Source of the DNA: Lysobacterales bacterium
GTDB lineage: Bacteria; Pseudomonadota; Gammaproteobacteria; Xanthomonadales; SZUA-36
Assembly: GCA_036351055.1 (NCBI GenBank)
Contig: JAZBOH010000208.1
Span: forward strand, 2,935 to 66,934
Length of the DNA stretch: 64,000 nt
Direction of reading: 5' to 3'
Position numbers and translations under genes: made by a program. Shown here in pieces: positions 30,126 to 40,201 of this stretch (positions within the stretch are counted from its first letter, which is position 1; each line of letters opens with the position of its first letter). The notes beneath the pieces were generated by a model. The model did not search any database, was not told where the DNA came from, and saw only the letters and a program-made list of their open reading frames with translations.

Positions 30126-31199
30126 ATGGGGCAATCTTCAAACCACGCTAACACGGCCGTTTTCACGGTATCCGACCTTTCCGTACTCAGGCACGAACTG
30201 GCCAATGTCCTGAACGGACTTACCGGTATGGCAGGCCTGTTGCGGTCAGCGGGTCTGCCACCGGAACAGGAACGATGGCTGGACGCCATCGAGCAGTCTG
30301 CGCAACAGATGCAATTCCTGGTGCACAGCGAAATGCAGCCGGGCGGCGAGTGTGTTGCCGCGGATGCTCCGGTCCGCTGCAAATTCAATGGCGTCAGCCT
30401 GCTCGAACGGGTCATTACTGCCCATACACCGCTTGCCGGGGCAAAAGGACTGAAGTTGCTGCTGCTTGTCTCGCCGGACCTTCCGGTTTACTGGCGGGGG
30501 CATGAACGCCTCTTGCGGCAGTTGCTGGATAACCTCCTGGGCAATGCCATCAAGTTCACCGACAGCGGCCGGGTGTCGCTTGAAGCCCGGCCTGCAGAAA
30601 ACCGGGCGCTAAAGCTGCTCGTCCGGGACACGGGAACAGGTATCCCCGCTGCAGACAGGGAGCGGGTTTTCGAGGCCGGCGCGAGGGGAGGCAACGCTGT
30701 GGGCCGGCCTGGCCGTGGCCTGGGCCTTGCGCTGTGCCGGAAGATCGCAGGGTTGATGGGTGGCCGGATCAGCTGCGCTCCAGCAGCGAAAGGTGGTACA
30801 CGTTTCGAAGTCACACTGCCCGGAATGACGCTCCAGGGCGACGGGAGACGACTGCCCTCGCTCGCATTGTCATCGGTTTCCTGTACCTTGCAACTTGAAC
30901 GGCCACTGGGGACCATGACAGCCAACTTTCTGGAGCGCATCGGTGTCAGCTGGCATCACCGCGGGACGCAGTCAGCCGGCAAGGCCGGCGCCAGGCTACT
31001 GGTTTCTATCAGCGAGTGCAGGCCGCAAGAGAAAACGGCCTGGCCGGGACTTGTCCTTCGGGTCAATGGTTACCCGGAAATTTCCGACCCGGTCTTGCTG
31101 CGGCCGCCGATACTCGAGTCAGCGCTCGAACAGTGCTTGCTGCGCCTTGCACTGGCCTGGCGTTGGCACGGAATCAGCCCTGGTGATAGGCGGGGCTGA
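30126..31199 (+). CDS. Cytoplasmic histidine kinase with degenerate receiver-like C-terminus
   Basis: HisKA H-box [12 protein letters not shown]. HATPase N box (LLGNAIKF) and G boxes (DTGTGI, GLGLALC). No TM or sensor domain. An alternative GTG start exists at 30060. Confidence 0.75.
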   Translation: MGQSSNHANTAVFTVSDLSVLRHELANVLNGLTGMAGLLRSAGLPPEQERWLDAIEQSAQQMQFLVHSEMQPGGECVAADAPVRCKFNGVSLLERVITAHTPLAGAKGLKLLLLVSPDLPVYWRGHERLLRQLLDNLLGNAIKFTDSGRVSLEARPAENRALKLLVRDTGTGIPAADRERVFEAGARGGNAVGRPGRGLGLALCRKIAGLMGGRISCAPAAKGGTRFEVTLPGMTLQGDGRRLPSLALSSVSCTLQLERPLGTMTANFLERIGVSWHHRGTQSAGKAGARLLVSISECRPQEKTAWPGLVLRVNGYPEISDPVLLRPPILESALEQCLLRLALAWRWHGISPGDRRG

Positions 31200-32238
31200 G
31201 TTCCCGTACTGCGTCGACCAGGGCCGCCAGGTGTTCCGGGTTGACGTCCGGCGTAATGCCGTGCCCCAGGTTGAAAACATGACCTTCGCCGTGTCCGAAA
31301 CTGGCCAGGGTTTGACCTGCTTCCCGGCGAACGACTTCCGGGCTGGCCAGCAGGATGGAGGGGTCGAGGTTGCCCTGCAGCGCGACGCGGTCGCCGACGC
31401 GTTGCCTGGCCTCAGACAGGGTGATGGTCCAGTCGACACCCAGCGCATCGCAGCCACTGTCGGCCAGCGCCTCCAGTTGCGTATTGCAGCCCTTGCTGAA
31501 CAGGATGACCGGTATCTTGCGTCCTTCATGTTCCCTTTTCAGGCCGGCGACGATCTGTTGCATGTAGCGCAGAGAGAACTCACGATAAGCATTGAAGGAC
31601 AATGCACCGCCCCATGTATCGAATATCTGCACGCCCTGGGCGCCGCTCTCGATCTGTGCGTTCAGGTAATCGGTTACCGTGTCGGCCAGTTTGCTCAGCA
31701 GAAGATGCGCAGTTTCCGGTTCCTGGTAAACCAGTCTCTTGGCCTTGCCAAAAGTCTTGCTTGAGCCGCCTTCGATCATGTAGGTGGCAAGCGTCCAGGG
31801 ACTGCCGCTGAAGCCAAGAAGGGGGACCTTTCCGCCAAGCTCTTTGCGTGTCAGGGAAATGGCGTCCATCACGTATTGCAGCGAAGACGCGATATCCGGT
31901 CGTGGCAGTTTTTCGATCTCGGCGCGGGAGGAGACCGGGCGTTCAAACTTGGGCCCTTCTCCGGTTTCAAAATACAGGCCCATGCCCATGGCGTCGGGTA
32001 TGGTCAGGATGTCGGAGAAGATGATCGCCGCGTCCAGTTCAAAGCGGCGCAGGGGTTGCAATGTCACTTCACAGGCCAGTTCGGGGTTCTGGCAGAGGTT
32101 CATGAAACTGCCGGCTTCTGCACGGGTTTTCAGGTATTCGGGCAGGTAGCGCCCGGCCTGGCGCATGATCCACACCGGCGTGCGATCGACCGGTTGGCGC
32201 AACAGGGCTTTCAGCAGAAGGTCGTTTTTCAGTTCCAT
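31174..32238 (-). CDS. hemE: Uroporphyrinogen decarboxylase
   Basis: 354 aa. N-terminus ([28 protein letters not shown]) is the HemE signature. Confidence 0.96.
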   Translation of the reverse strand: MELKNDLLLKALLRQPVDRTPVWIMRQAGRYLPEYLKTRAEAGSFMNLCQNPELACEVTLQPLRRFELDAAIIFSDILTIPDAMGMGLYFETGEGPKFERPVSSRAEIEKLPRPDIASSLQYVMDAISLTRKELGGKVPLLGFSGSPWTLATYMIEGGSSKTFGKAKRLVYQEPETAHLLLSKLADTVTDYLNAQIESGAQGVQIFDTWGGALSFNAYREFSLRYMQQIVAGLKREHEGRKIPVILFSKGCNTQLEALADSGCDALGVDWTITLSEARQRVGDRVALQGNLDPSILLASPEVVRREAGQTLASFGHGEGHVFNLGHGITPDVNPEHLAALVDAVRELSPAYHQG

Positions 32239-32266
32239 AGTTTTTTCCTCAATGTTCTGCGCGGCT

Positions 32267-33346
32267 TCAGCCCATGCTGTTCTGTATCGCGGCGCTTATT
32301 TCCCGGTGCGAACTACCATTATCCACCACGGCCTTGCCGATCGAGTGCAGCAGAACCAGGCGCAGGCCGCTGGCAATGGCCTTCTTGTCCAGGGCCAGGG
32401 CTTCGCCCAGGCCTTCTGCCGACATGTTCCCCGGAATGCTCACGGGCAGGCCGAATGACTCCAGTAGCGCCGCCAGGCGTTTTGCGGTGCCGCTTGCACA
32501 GAGGCCCCGGCTTTCACTCAGGCGGGCGGCTGTGACCATTCCGATAGAAACGGCTTCGCCGTGCAGGAACTTGGAATAGGCGGTTTCGGATTCCAATGCG
32601 TGGCCGAAACTGTGTCCGAAGTTCAACAGGGCCCGGACCCCAGCCTCCTTCTCATCCTGCCGTACGATGTCGGCCTTGTTCAACACGGAACGTTCGATCA
32701 GGTAGTCGACGGCCCAGTTTTCACGGGCCGAGATGGCCGGGGCATTGTTTTCAAGCCACTCAAAAAATGGCTTATCGCAGATGGCGCCGTACTTTACCAC
32801 TTCAGCCAGGCCGGCGTTGAATTCCCGGGCCTGCAGGGTATCGAGCGTGGCCGAATCGATCAAGACCGTGGCCGGTTGGTGGAAAGCGCCAACCAGGTTT
32901 TTGCCGCGTACGTGGTTGACCCCGGTCTTGCCGCCAACCGAGGCGTCGACCTGGGCCAGTAGCGTGGTCGGCACCTGTAAGAATCGTATTCCACGCATAT
33001 AGCTGGCCGCGGCGAATCCGCTGATATCGCCCACCACACCGCCACCCAGGGCGACGATACTGGCGTCCCGGCGGGCCTGCATCTCCACCAGGCGGTCCAG
33101 GATGCCCTGCCAGGTTTCGACGGTCTTGAATTGTTCTCCGTCCGGTATGACGTGGACCTCGCAGCCACGGCTTCCAATCGTGCTCAGCAGGGTTTCCAGG
33201 TAGAGCGGCGCCACGGTCTCGTTGCTTACGACCAGTATTTTTCCGTTACCAAGGTGTTGGTCCCAAAGCCCGCTTTCCAGGAGCAAGCCCCGGCCCAGGT
33301 AGACCGGGTAGGAATTGGCAGGCAGTTCGATATTTATGGTTTTCAT
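32267..33346 (-). CDS. aroB: 3-dehydroquinate synthase
   Basis: 359 aa with the motif series [25 protein letters not shown] and NFGHSFGHA. Confidence 0.96.
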   Translation of the reverse strand: MKTINIELPANSYPVYLGRGLLLESGLWDQHLGNGKILVVSNETVAPLYLETLLSTIGSRGCEVHVIPDGEQFKTVETWQGILDRLVEMQARRDASIVALGGGVVGDISGFAAASYMRGIRFLQVPTTLLAQVDASVGGKTGVNHVRGKNLVGAFHQPATVLIDSATLDTLQAREFNAGLAEVVKYGAICDKPFFEWLENNAPAISARENWAVDYLIERSVLNKADIVRQDEKEAGVRALLNFGHSFGHALESETAYSKFLHGEAVSIGMVTAARLSESRGLCASGTAKRLAALLESFGLPVSIPGNMSAEGLGEALALDKKAIASGLRLVLLHSIGKAVVDNGSSHREISAAIQNSMG

Positions 33347-33897
33347 TCAGTATTCCCGTACGAAAGGATAAGCCGCGCCAGGTCGGCCGCTACGGCGTCC
33401 AGCCCGCGGTTCTGGGCCGGAAACTCGATGTCGGCGATTTCCCGGTACAAGGGGTTTCTCTGCTCGGCGAGGCGCGTCAGTCTGTCTCTGCGGTCAGGCG
33501 TTTGCAACAGTGGCCTGGATTTGTCGCGGCCCAGCCGGCGCAGCTGCTGCTGCACCGAGGTCCGCATATAGACGACCAGGCCGGTTTCGCGGAGTATTTT
33601 CCGGTTTTCCTCTCTGAGGATGGCGCCACCCCCCGTTGCAATCAGAACGCCCGGTTGGGCGGTCAGTTCCTGCAGCATACGTGTCTCACGTGCGCGGAAT
33701 CCTTCCTCGCCTTCCACGTCGAAAATAAGGGTAACGCTGGCGCCGGTCTGGGCTTCGATTTCCTGGTCGCAGTCCAGGAAGCGCAGTCCGAGCCGCGCCG
33801 CCAGGCGCTGTCCGATGGTCGTTTTTCCGGAACCCATCGGTCCGATGAGGTAAATGTTGCGCTCAAGCCTGTCCACGGAGCCCCTCATAGCGTGCAA
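33343..33897 (-). CDS. aroK: Shikimate kinase
   Basis: P-loop IYLIGPMGSGKTTIG, then LGLRFLDCD and GGGA motifs. 4-nt overlap with aroB. The start may be a few codons downstream. Confidence 0.93.
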   Translation of the reverse strand: MHAMRGSVDRLERNIYLIGPMGSGKTTIGQRLAARLGLRFLDCDQEIEAQTGASVTLIFDVEGEEGFRARETRMLQELTAQPGVLIATGGGAILREENRKILRETGLVVYMRTSVQQQLRRLGRDKSRPLLQTPDRRDRLTRLAEQRNPLYREIADIEFPAQNRGLDAVAADLARLILSYGNTE

Positions 33898-33956
33898 CCG
33901 GCCCAGAACTTGGGTAACATTGCCGGCATTCCGGGATTTCCCCGTGGCAGAGTCCT

Positions 33957-34511
33957 ATGATCCGCTTTTTCGTTTTATTTACAGTCTTGTTGGTTGGCCT
34001 ATTCACGCTGGAGATTCTACAGACGGCGGAAATCTACGTCATCCTGCCATTTACATCCTTTATCGCAGATATCAGTGCATGGCTTATCCAGTTATTCGAT
34101 GACAACGTGGTTTCCGTTTCCAACGTGATCCGCGATAAGACCACCGGGTTCGGTGTGCGGGTCGAACGCGGGTGCAACGGGGTGGAGGCGCTGATCATTC
34201 TGTTTTCCGCCATATTTGCGTTTCCCGCGCCTCTGAAAAACAAGTTGATCGGTTTTGTCATCGGGTTTTTCGCAATCCAGGGCTTGAACCTGGTGCGGAT
34301 CGTCAGCCTCTTTTACCTTGGACAGTGGAACCAGGTGGCATTCGAGTGGTTCCACCTTTACCTGTGGCAGGCGCTGATTATCCTCGACGCCCTGGTGGTT
34401 TGGCTGATTTGGCTGCGAACCCTGCCGCAGGCCAAGGCCCGGCGGGCGCGGGAGGCAGAGGAAAGAAGCGAGGCTGAGGCATCCCAGGCGGATCAAACTC
34501 CGCAGGAATAG
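33957..34511 (+). CDS. Exosortase/archaeosortase family protein, short form (exosortase H-like)
   Basis: 184 aa polytopic protein with the sortase-like triad context: Cys in ERGCNGVEAL, Arg in GLNLVRIV and His in FEWFHLYLW. Charged C-terminal tail. Confidence 0.65.
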   Translation: MIRFFVLFTVLLVGLFTLEILQTAEIYVILPFTSFIADISAWLIQLFDDNVVSVSNVIRDKTTGFGVRVERGCNGVEALIILFSAIFAFPAPLKNKLIGFVIGFFAIQGLNLVRIVSLFYLGQWNQVAFEWFHLYLWQALIILDALVVWLIWLRTLPQAKARRAREAEERSEAEASQADQTPQE

Positions 34512-34514
34512 GCA

Positions 34515-35099
34515 ATGCTGCTCAGCGACGAAATCATCAGCGAGTTCAATCGCTTCTATAAAAAGGCGCGCGTTTCCGGTGAGCAGGAGCCGACGGCGAT
34601 GGTCCTGGCGACCAGTGACGGTAAGGGCCTGGTGTCCTCACGCACCGTGTTGCTCAAGGCCCTGGATGAAAACGGATTTGTTTTTTTTACCAATACCCGC
34701 AGCCGCAAAGGCCGGCAGATGGATCAGTGCCCACGCGCCTCGGCCACGTTCCTGTGGAAAGCCAGCGGTTGCCAGGTGCAACTCGTGGGAACGGTTGCTC
34801 GGGTTGACGACGAGGCGGCAGACGCCTATTTCAGCACCCGCGACCGCGGCAGCCAGATTGGTGCCTGGGCATCCGACCAGTCGGCTCCGCTGGAGAGCAG
34901 GGAAGCCCTGATCGCCCGGGTAAAAGAACTCGAAGAAAAATATGCTGGCCAGGAAGTTCCCCGTCCTCCGCACTGGACCGGTTACGTGCTCAGCCCGGAA
35001 ACGGTCGAGTTCTGGACCCAGCGCGAGTTTCGCTTGCATGATCGTTTCCTCTACAGTCAACAGGATGGTCGCTGGGTAAAACAGCGCCTGAATCCCTGA
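34515..35099 (+). CDS. pdxH: Pyridoxamine 5'-phosphate oxidase
   Basis: 194 aa with motifs RTVLLK, FFTN..SRKG, EFWQ-type (VEFWTQREFRLHDR) and C-terminal RLNP. Confidence 0.93.
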   Translation: MLLSDEIISEFNRFYKKARVSGEQEPTAMVLATSDGKGLVSSRTVLLKALDENGFVFFTNTRSRKGRQMDQCPRASATFLWKASGCQVQLVGTVARVDDEAADAYFSTRDRGSQIGAWASDQSAPLESREALIARVKELEEKYAGQEVPRPPHWTGYVLSPETVEFWTQREFRLHDRFLYSQQDGRWVKQRLNP

Positions 35100-35106
35100 G
35101 TCCGCT

Positions 35107-35526
35107 ATGCCGTCCGGCACGACAACTATCGAAATCCGCACGCTGGGGCGCGGTTTTCAGAACATCGGGCAAGAACTCCAGGACGCCGTGCGCCAGAGCG
35201 AAGTATGCGATGGCTTGTGTCATGTTTTTCTGCGCCACACCAGCGCTTCGCTGCTAATAACCGAAAATGCCGACCCTGACGTCCGGGTTGACCTCGAAAA
35301 CTTCATCAGCAAGCTGGCCCCCGACGGCGACCCGGTGTATATCCACTCAATGGAAGGCCCCGACGACATGCCGGCTCACATCCGTTCAGTCCTGACCGCC
35401 TCGGAACTGAGCATCCCGGTCCGCAACGGCCGGCTCGCCCTCGGCACCTGGCAGGGCGCCTACCTCTGGGAACACCGGACCCGGCCGCACCACCGCCGCC
35501 TCGACATCACCATCATCGGCGTGTAA
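35107..35526 (+). CDS. yjbQ: Secondary thiamine-phosphate synthase enzyme YjbQ (UPF0047)
   Basis: 139 aa with the motifs GLCHVFLRHTSASLLITENADPDV and PAHIRS...GTWQG. Confidence 0.88.
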   Translation: MPSGTTTIEIRTLGRGFQNIGQELQDAVRQSEVCDGLCHVFLRHTSASLLITENADPDVRVDLENFISKLAPDGDPVYIHSMEGPDDMPAHIRSVLTASELSIPVRNGRLALGTWQGAYLWEHRTRPHHRRLDITIIGV

Positions 35527-35637
35527 GCCCCCCAGGGGCCCACTGGTGAGTGCAATATTTGCTTACGATTGGTGGCCACGGTTTCTAAACCCGGGCGTGG
35601 TGGCGTATACAGAAGCGCTGAGTGTTCCAAACAAAAT

Positions 35638-35683
35638 GGGGCCGGATACATTTTCCGTCAATAAATGTATCCGGCCCCTTTTT
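35638..35683 (+). terminator. REP-like hairpin acting as probable terminator of the xrt-pdxH-yjbQ operon
   Basis: Perfect 14-bp stem GGGGCCGGATACAT / ATGTATCCGGCCCC, 13-nt loop, then TTTTT. Confidence 0.65.
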
Positions 35684-35777
35684 CAAAACTTCATCACCGG
35701 CATCGGCCAGAGTTCACCAGGTGCTGTTGTGACGCGCTTTTCAGGGTGTATCAAGGTAAAAATGATGATGCGCCAAT

Positions 35778-35826
35778 AAAAGGTACCGGATCCATTTTTC
35801 GCCAATTAATGTATCCGGTACCTTTT
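35778..35826. terminator. Second copy of the same hairpin family, probable bidirectional terminator for yggT
   Basis: AAAAGGTACCGGATCCAT / ATGTATCCGGTACCTTTT (one mismatch), flanked by A and T runs, 26 nt downstream of the yggT stop. Confidence 0.65.
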
Positions 35827-35851
35827 TAATAGCAGGTAGTTCAGCAGTTCT

Positions 35852-36394
35852 TCAGCGCCCAATCAGAAGCAGCAGGAACCTGATAATGATCAGCGCCAGC
35901 AGCGGTGAAAGGTCGATGCCGGAGATCGGCGGGATGATCTTGCGGAAAGGGCGCAGCACCGGTTCGGTGAGCTGGTAAACCAGTGGAATGATCGGGTGCC
36001 GGAATTTCTGGCCAAACCAGCTGAGAATGACCGTCACGATGATCAGGATGAAATAGGTCCATAACAGCTTCGCCAGCAGGTTAATAGCGGCGAGCAGGAA
36101 TATCTGCGCCGGCGCCCAGCTTAGCGGGCTCATCAGGCCCAGGAACCAGACGCTGACAGCTTCCAGCGCCAGCATCAACACCAGCGAAGCCGTGTCGAGT
36201 TTTCCAACCGAGGGAATCACCCTGCGCATCGGCACCAGTACCGGGCTGGTGACCTTGACCAGGAACTGGCATACGGGGTTGTAGAAATCAGCGCGCACCC
36301 ATTGCAACAGCAGTCGCAGCATCACCGCGGTGACATAGAGGCTGATCAGCGTGCTGACGAGATAGGAAAATGCGGTGGCCATGCTGGAACTCAT
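35852..36394 (-). CDS. yggT: YggT family membrane protein
   Basis: 180 aa with two YGGT-type repeats (..NP..QF...T.P...P.RR.IP..G..D.S..). Sits in the conserved yggS-proC-yggT context. Confidence 0.88.
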   Translation of the reverse strand: MSSSMATAFSYLVSTLISLYVTAVMLRLLLQWVRADFYNPVCQFLVKVTSPVLVPMRRVIPSVGKLDTASLVLMLALEAVSVWFLGLMSPLSWAPAQIFLLAAINLLAKLLWTYFILIIVTVILSWFGQKFRHPIIPLVYQLTEPVLRPFRKIIPPISGIDLSPLLALIIIRFLLLLIGR

Positions 36395-37200
36395 GATGAT
36401 TCACCTGACAGTTCACGGCTTCGTTTGCGTGCGGCTTCGGCAGCCCGTTTGACCAGTTCAGAATAGCCTTCTGTTTCAAGGAGCCTCATTGCGGCGTGGG
36501 TTGTGCCGTTGGGCGAAGTGACGCGCCGCCGCAGTTCGGCTGCTTCGCCGGGGCTGCTGGCAAGCATGGCGCCGGCGCCAAAACAGGTGACGCAGGCCAG
36601 GCGGTCGGCGGTTTCATCCGGCAGCCCCATTTCACGGGCCGCATCGGCCAGTACCTCGGCCAGCAGGAAAAAGTATGCCGGTCCGGTGCCCGAGATGGCT
36701 GTTACGGCGTCCATCAGTGACTCGTCTTCCAGCCAGACGACGTCGCCGGCGGCCATCAGGATTTCCTCGGCCTGTTGCTGCTGTTGCTTGCTGCAGTTGC
36801 TGCCTGCAACGACCCCGGTGATGCCGTGCCCGATCAGGGCCGGTGTATTCGGCATCGAGCGAACAACCTGGATCTCATCACCGAGATGTTTCCGGATCCT
36901 GTTGATGGTCGTGCCCGCGGCGATCGAAAGCACCATCTGTCCGGGCTTGACCAGACCCCTCAACTCGTCCAGCACCAGCGTCATAATCTGGGGCTTGACG
37001 GCCAGCAGGATGACGTCCGCGCCATCCACCGCAGCCTGGGAGTCTGTGAAGGTCGGGATTCTGAACGTGGATTCCAGGTGATTTCTCGCCTCTTCACTGG
37101 GATCAGAGACCCGGATCTTGATATGGGCGCGTGGCGGGTTGACCAGGCCGCTTATCAAGGCGGCAGCCATGTTTCCCCCGCCAATAAAAGTAATCAACAT
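36391..37200 (-). CDS. proC: Pyrroline-5-carboxylate reductase
   Basis: 269 aa with N-terminal Rossmann FIGGGNMAAALISGL and C-terminal VTSPNGTT motif. Confidence 0.95.
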   Translation of the reverse strand: MLITFIGGGNMAAALISGLVNPPRAHIKIRVSDPSEEARNHLESTFRIPTFTDSQAAVDGADVILLAVKPQIMTLVLDELRGLVKPGQMVLSIAAGTTINRIRKHLGDEIQVVRSMPNTPALIGHGITGVVAGSNCSKQQQQQAEEILMAAGDVVWLEDESLMDAVTAISGTGPAYFFLLAEVLADAAREMGLPDETADRLACVTCFGAGAMLASSPGEAAELRRRVTSPNGTTHAAMRLLETEGYSELVKRAAEAARKRSRELSGESS

Positions 37201-37203
37201 ACG

Positions 37204-37899
37204 TCAGTTTCCTGCAGGCGGCCGTTGGCCGAACAGATCGGTGCCAATACGCACCATGGTACTGCCATGGCGAACCGCGGCTTCCAGATCGGCAGACATG
37301 CCCATCGATAGGGTATCCAGCGCCAGGCCCTTTTCCAGTAACTCATCGTACAACTCCTTCATGCGCCGGTAGCTGTCGGCCGGGTCATGGTCGTCCGATG
37401 CGATATGTGGAATGCTCATCAGCCCGCGAAGCCGCAATCCCGGTAACTCGGTGCACAGGCGCGCCAGGCTCTCCGCAGCTTCCGGCAGCACGCCGGCTTT
37501 TTGCGGTTCCCTGTCGATATTGACCTGGATACAGACATTCAGCGCTTGCATCGTTTCAGTCCGTTGCGAGGAAAGGCGACGCAGGATTTTCTCACGATCC
37601 ACGCTCTGTACCCAGTGGAAATGTTGCGCGACTTCGCGGGTCTTGTTCGATTGCAGCGGGCCGATGAAGTGCCACTCGATATCCAGGCTGGACAATCGCT
37701 GCATCTTGTCAAGCGCCTCCTGTACATAATTTTCGCCAAAACAGGTTTGGCCAAGCGCATGCAGTTCGGCAATTTTTTCGACGGAATGACGTTTGCTCAC
37801 CGCCAGCACGACCACTTCAGAAGGTGGTCTGGCTGCCGTTCGGCAAGCAAAATCAACCCTTGAACGAATATTGTTAAGATTTTCTTTTAAGTTATTCAT
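37204..37899 (-). CDS. yggS: YggS family pyridoxal phosphate homeostasis protein
   Basis: Trimmed to MNNLKENLNNIRSRV.. (231 aa). Motifs are LAVSKRHS (PLP lysine), FGENYVQE, WHFIGPLQSNK and LSMGMS.D. Confidence 0.92.
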   Translation of the reverse strand: MNNLKENLNNIRSRVDFACRTAARPPSEVVVLAVSKRHSVEKIAELHALGQTCFGENYVQEALDKMQRLSSLDIEWHFIGPLQSNKTREVAQHFHWVQSVDREKILRRLSSQRTETMQALNVCIQVNIDREPQKAGVLPEAAESLARLCTELPGLRLRGLMSIPHIASDDHDPADSYRRMKELYDELLEKGLALDTLSMGMSADLEAAVRHGSTMVRIGTDLFGQRPPAGN

Positions 37900-38021
37900 C
37901 TTGCAGGCAGACTTAGCTTGATCTATGGTTATGATTGTTGCGTGTGATACATGGATTGAAAATGTGCCTTCCGTTGTGGTTTTGACGCATTGTAACGCGA
38001 CAACGTCTTGAAGGAGGGAAT

Positions 38022-39059
38022 ATGGATATTGCTGAACTGCTCGCATTTGCGGTCAAAAACAACGCTTCGGACCTTCACCTGTCTTCGGGCCTGCCCCCGA
38101 TGATTCGTGTGGACGGTGATATCAGGCGGCTGACCCTGCCTGCGCTGGACACGGCACAGCTCCAGGAGTTGATTTACAGCACGATGAGCGACCAGCAGAG
38201 GCGCGACTACGAAGCCAACCTGGAAGTCGACTATTCCTATGCTGTTCAGGGGCTTGCCCGCTTCCGTGTCAACTGTTACCACCACGATCGAGGGGTCGGC
38301 GGAGCTTTCCGCACCATCCCGGATTCGGTTTGGACACTCGAAGACATCGGGGCGCCGCCCATTTTCAGGGACATCATCGACGCTCCGCGTGGACTGATCC
38401 TGATGACGGGGCCAACCGGTTCCGGTAAGTCAACCACACTCGCGGCCATGATCGACCACCTGAACAACCAGGTCGAGGGCCACGTGCTGACGATCGAGGA
38501 CCCAATCGAGTTCGTACACCGCTCCAAGCGTTGCGTCATCAACCAGCGCGAGATACATCGTGATACCCACGGATTCAACCAGGCGCTCAGAGCCGCGCTG
38601 CGTGAAGACCCGGATATTATCCTGGTCGGCGAAATGCGCGATATCGAAACGATCCGCCTGGCACTGACCGCGTCCGAGACCGGTCACCTTGTGTTCTCCA
38701 CGCTGCATACGAGCTCGGCGCCCAAGACCGTGGACCGCATCATCGATGTCTTCCCGACCGGTGAGAAGTCCATGGTCCGTTCCATGCTGTCCGAGTCTTT
38801 GCGGGCGGTGATCACCCAGACCCTGCTGAAGCGTATCGGCGGAGGCCGCGTGGCGGCCTGGGAAATCATGGTGGCCACGCCAGCCATCCGGAACCTGATC
38901 CGGGAAGACAAGGTGGCGCAGATGTATTCCGCCATCCAGACCGGACAGAACGCCGGCATGCAGACTCTTGACCAGGCGCTTGAAGCCCTGGTCCAGCGCG
39001 GCATCATCAACAAACTCGAAGCGGCCCGGAGGGCTGTTGACAAGAGAATGTTCCAGTAG
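38022..39059 (+). CDS. pilT: Type IV pilus twitching motility ATPase PilT
   Basis: 345 aa. N-terminus (MDIAELLAFAVKNNASDLHLSSG.PPMIRVDG), Walker A GPTGSGKST and the AIRNLIRE motif. Confidence 0.96.
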   Translation: MDIAELLAFAVKNNASDLHLSSGLPPMIRVDGDIRRLTLPALDTAQLQELIYSTMSDQQRRDYEANLEVDYSYAVQGLARFRVNCYHHDRGVGGAFRTIPDSVWTLEDIGAPPIFRDIIDAPRGLILMTGPTGSGKSTTLAAMIDHLNNQVEGHVLTIEDPIEFVHRSKRCVINQREIHRDTHGFNQALRAALREDPDIILVGEMRDIETIRLALTASETGHLVFSTLHTSSAPKTVDRIIDVFPTGEKSMVRSMLSESLRAVITQTLLKRIGGGRVAAWEIMVATPAIRNLIREDKVAQMYSAIQTGQNAGMQTLDQALEALVQRGIINKLEAARRAVDKRMFQ

Positions 39060-39070
39060 GAGACGGGAAC

Positions 39071-40198
39071 GTGAAAATTGTAGATACCTGGCTCAAGCAA
39101 CTTCATGACGAGGTTGGTTCCGACCTGTTCATCACCGTGGACGCACCGCCCTGCATCAAGGTTCATGGCAAAATCAAGCCGATTTCAACGGACCTTCTAA
39201 CCGCAGACAAGTGCCGCGAGATCGTGCTGAGTGTCATGCACGAGCGGCAAAAGGAAGAGTTCCGTAATACCCAGGAACTACAGTTTGCCTACTCGCTCGG
39301 GCCGGATGTGCGTTACAGGATCAGTGCCTTCGTGCAGCAGGGCATGACCGGCATGGTCGCACGCCGCATCGAGACACGCATTCCGAATTTCGAAGAACTG
39401 GGCTGCCCCGACGTGATGCACGAACTGGCGCTTGAAAAGCGCGGAATCATCCTGTTCGTGGGTGCGACCGGCACCGGTAAGTCGACCTCCATGGCCGCCA
39501 TGATCGGTTATCGCAACCACCGTATGACGGGCCATATCATCACGATCGAGGATCCGATTGAATACGTGCACCAGCACGGCAAAAGCCTGATCACGCAACG
39601 TGAGGTTGGCATCGACACCGAGTCGTTCGAGGTCGCCCTGAGAAATACACTGCGCCAGGCGCCGGACGTGATCCTGATCGGTGAGGTTCGGACGCGGGAA
39701 ACGATGGAGCACGCGATCACGTTTTCCGAGACCGGTCACCTGGTGCTGGCCACGCTGCACGCGAACAACGCCAACCAGGCCATGGACCGCATCCTGCATT
39801 TCTTCCCGGAAGATCAACGGGAACAGATTCTGCTGGACCTTTCCTTCAACCTGAAGGCGACAATTGCACAGCAGTTGATCCCCTCGGTTGACGGTTCCCG
39901 GCGCTTTGCCGCGTTCGAGGTGCTGATGGCGACCCCGCTGGTCAAGGACCTGATCCGAAAGGGCGAGATCGGAGAACTGAAGCTGGTGATGCGGGACTCT
40001 GGCCACCACGGAATGATTACCTTCGACCAGTGCATGTTCAATATGTACAAGGCCGGCCAGATTTCATACGATGACGCTTTACGTTACGCCGATTCTGCCA
40101 ACGAAGTCCGCCTGATGATCAAACTCGATGAGGGCGGTGACGCCGAGACACTGGCAAAGGGACTGGAAGGCGTAGAGGTACTGGGAAACGAATTTTAG
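39071..40198 (+). CDS. pilU: PilT/PilU family type IVa pilus ATPase PilU
   Basis: 375 aa with GTG start and Walker A GATGTGKST. PilU-like paralog directly after pilT. Confidence 0.92.
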   Translation: MKIVDTWLKQLHDEVGSDLFITVDAPPCIKVHGKIKPISTDLLTADKCREIVLSVMHERQKEEFRNTQELQFAYSLGPDVRYRISAFVQQGMTGMVARRIETRIPNFEELGCPDVMHELALEKRGIILFVGATGTGKSTSMAAMIGYRNHRMTGHIITIEDPIEYVHQHGKSLITQREVGIDTESFEVALRNTLRQAPDVILIGEVRTRETMEHAITFSETGHLVLATLHANNANQAMDRILHFFPEDQREQILLDLSFNLKATIAQQLIPSVDGSRRFAAFEVLMATPLVKDLIRKGEIGELKLVMRDSGHHGMITFDQCMFNMYKAGQISYDDALRYADSANEVRLMIKLDEGGDAETLAKGLEGVEVLGNEF

Positions 40199-40201
40199 TC
40201 C

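Noticed and set aside
35527-35851. Possible CRISPR-like or other repeat array in the yjbQ-yggT spacer.
   Set aside because: There are only two hairpin copies, they are not identical, and there is no regular repeat-spacer periodicity or cas gene. They are better explained as REP-type terminator hairpins.
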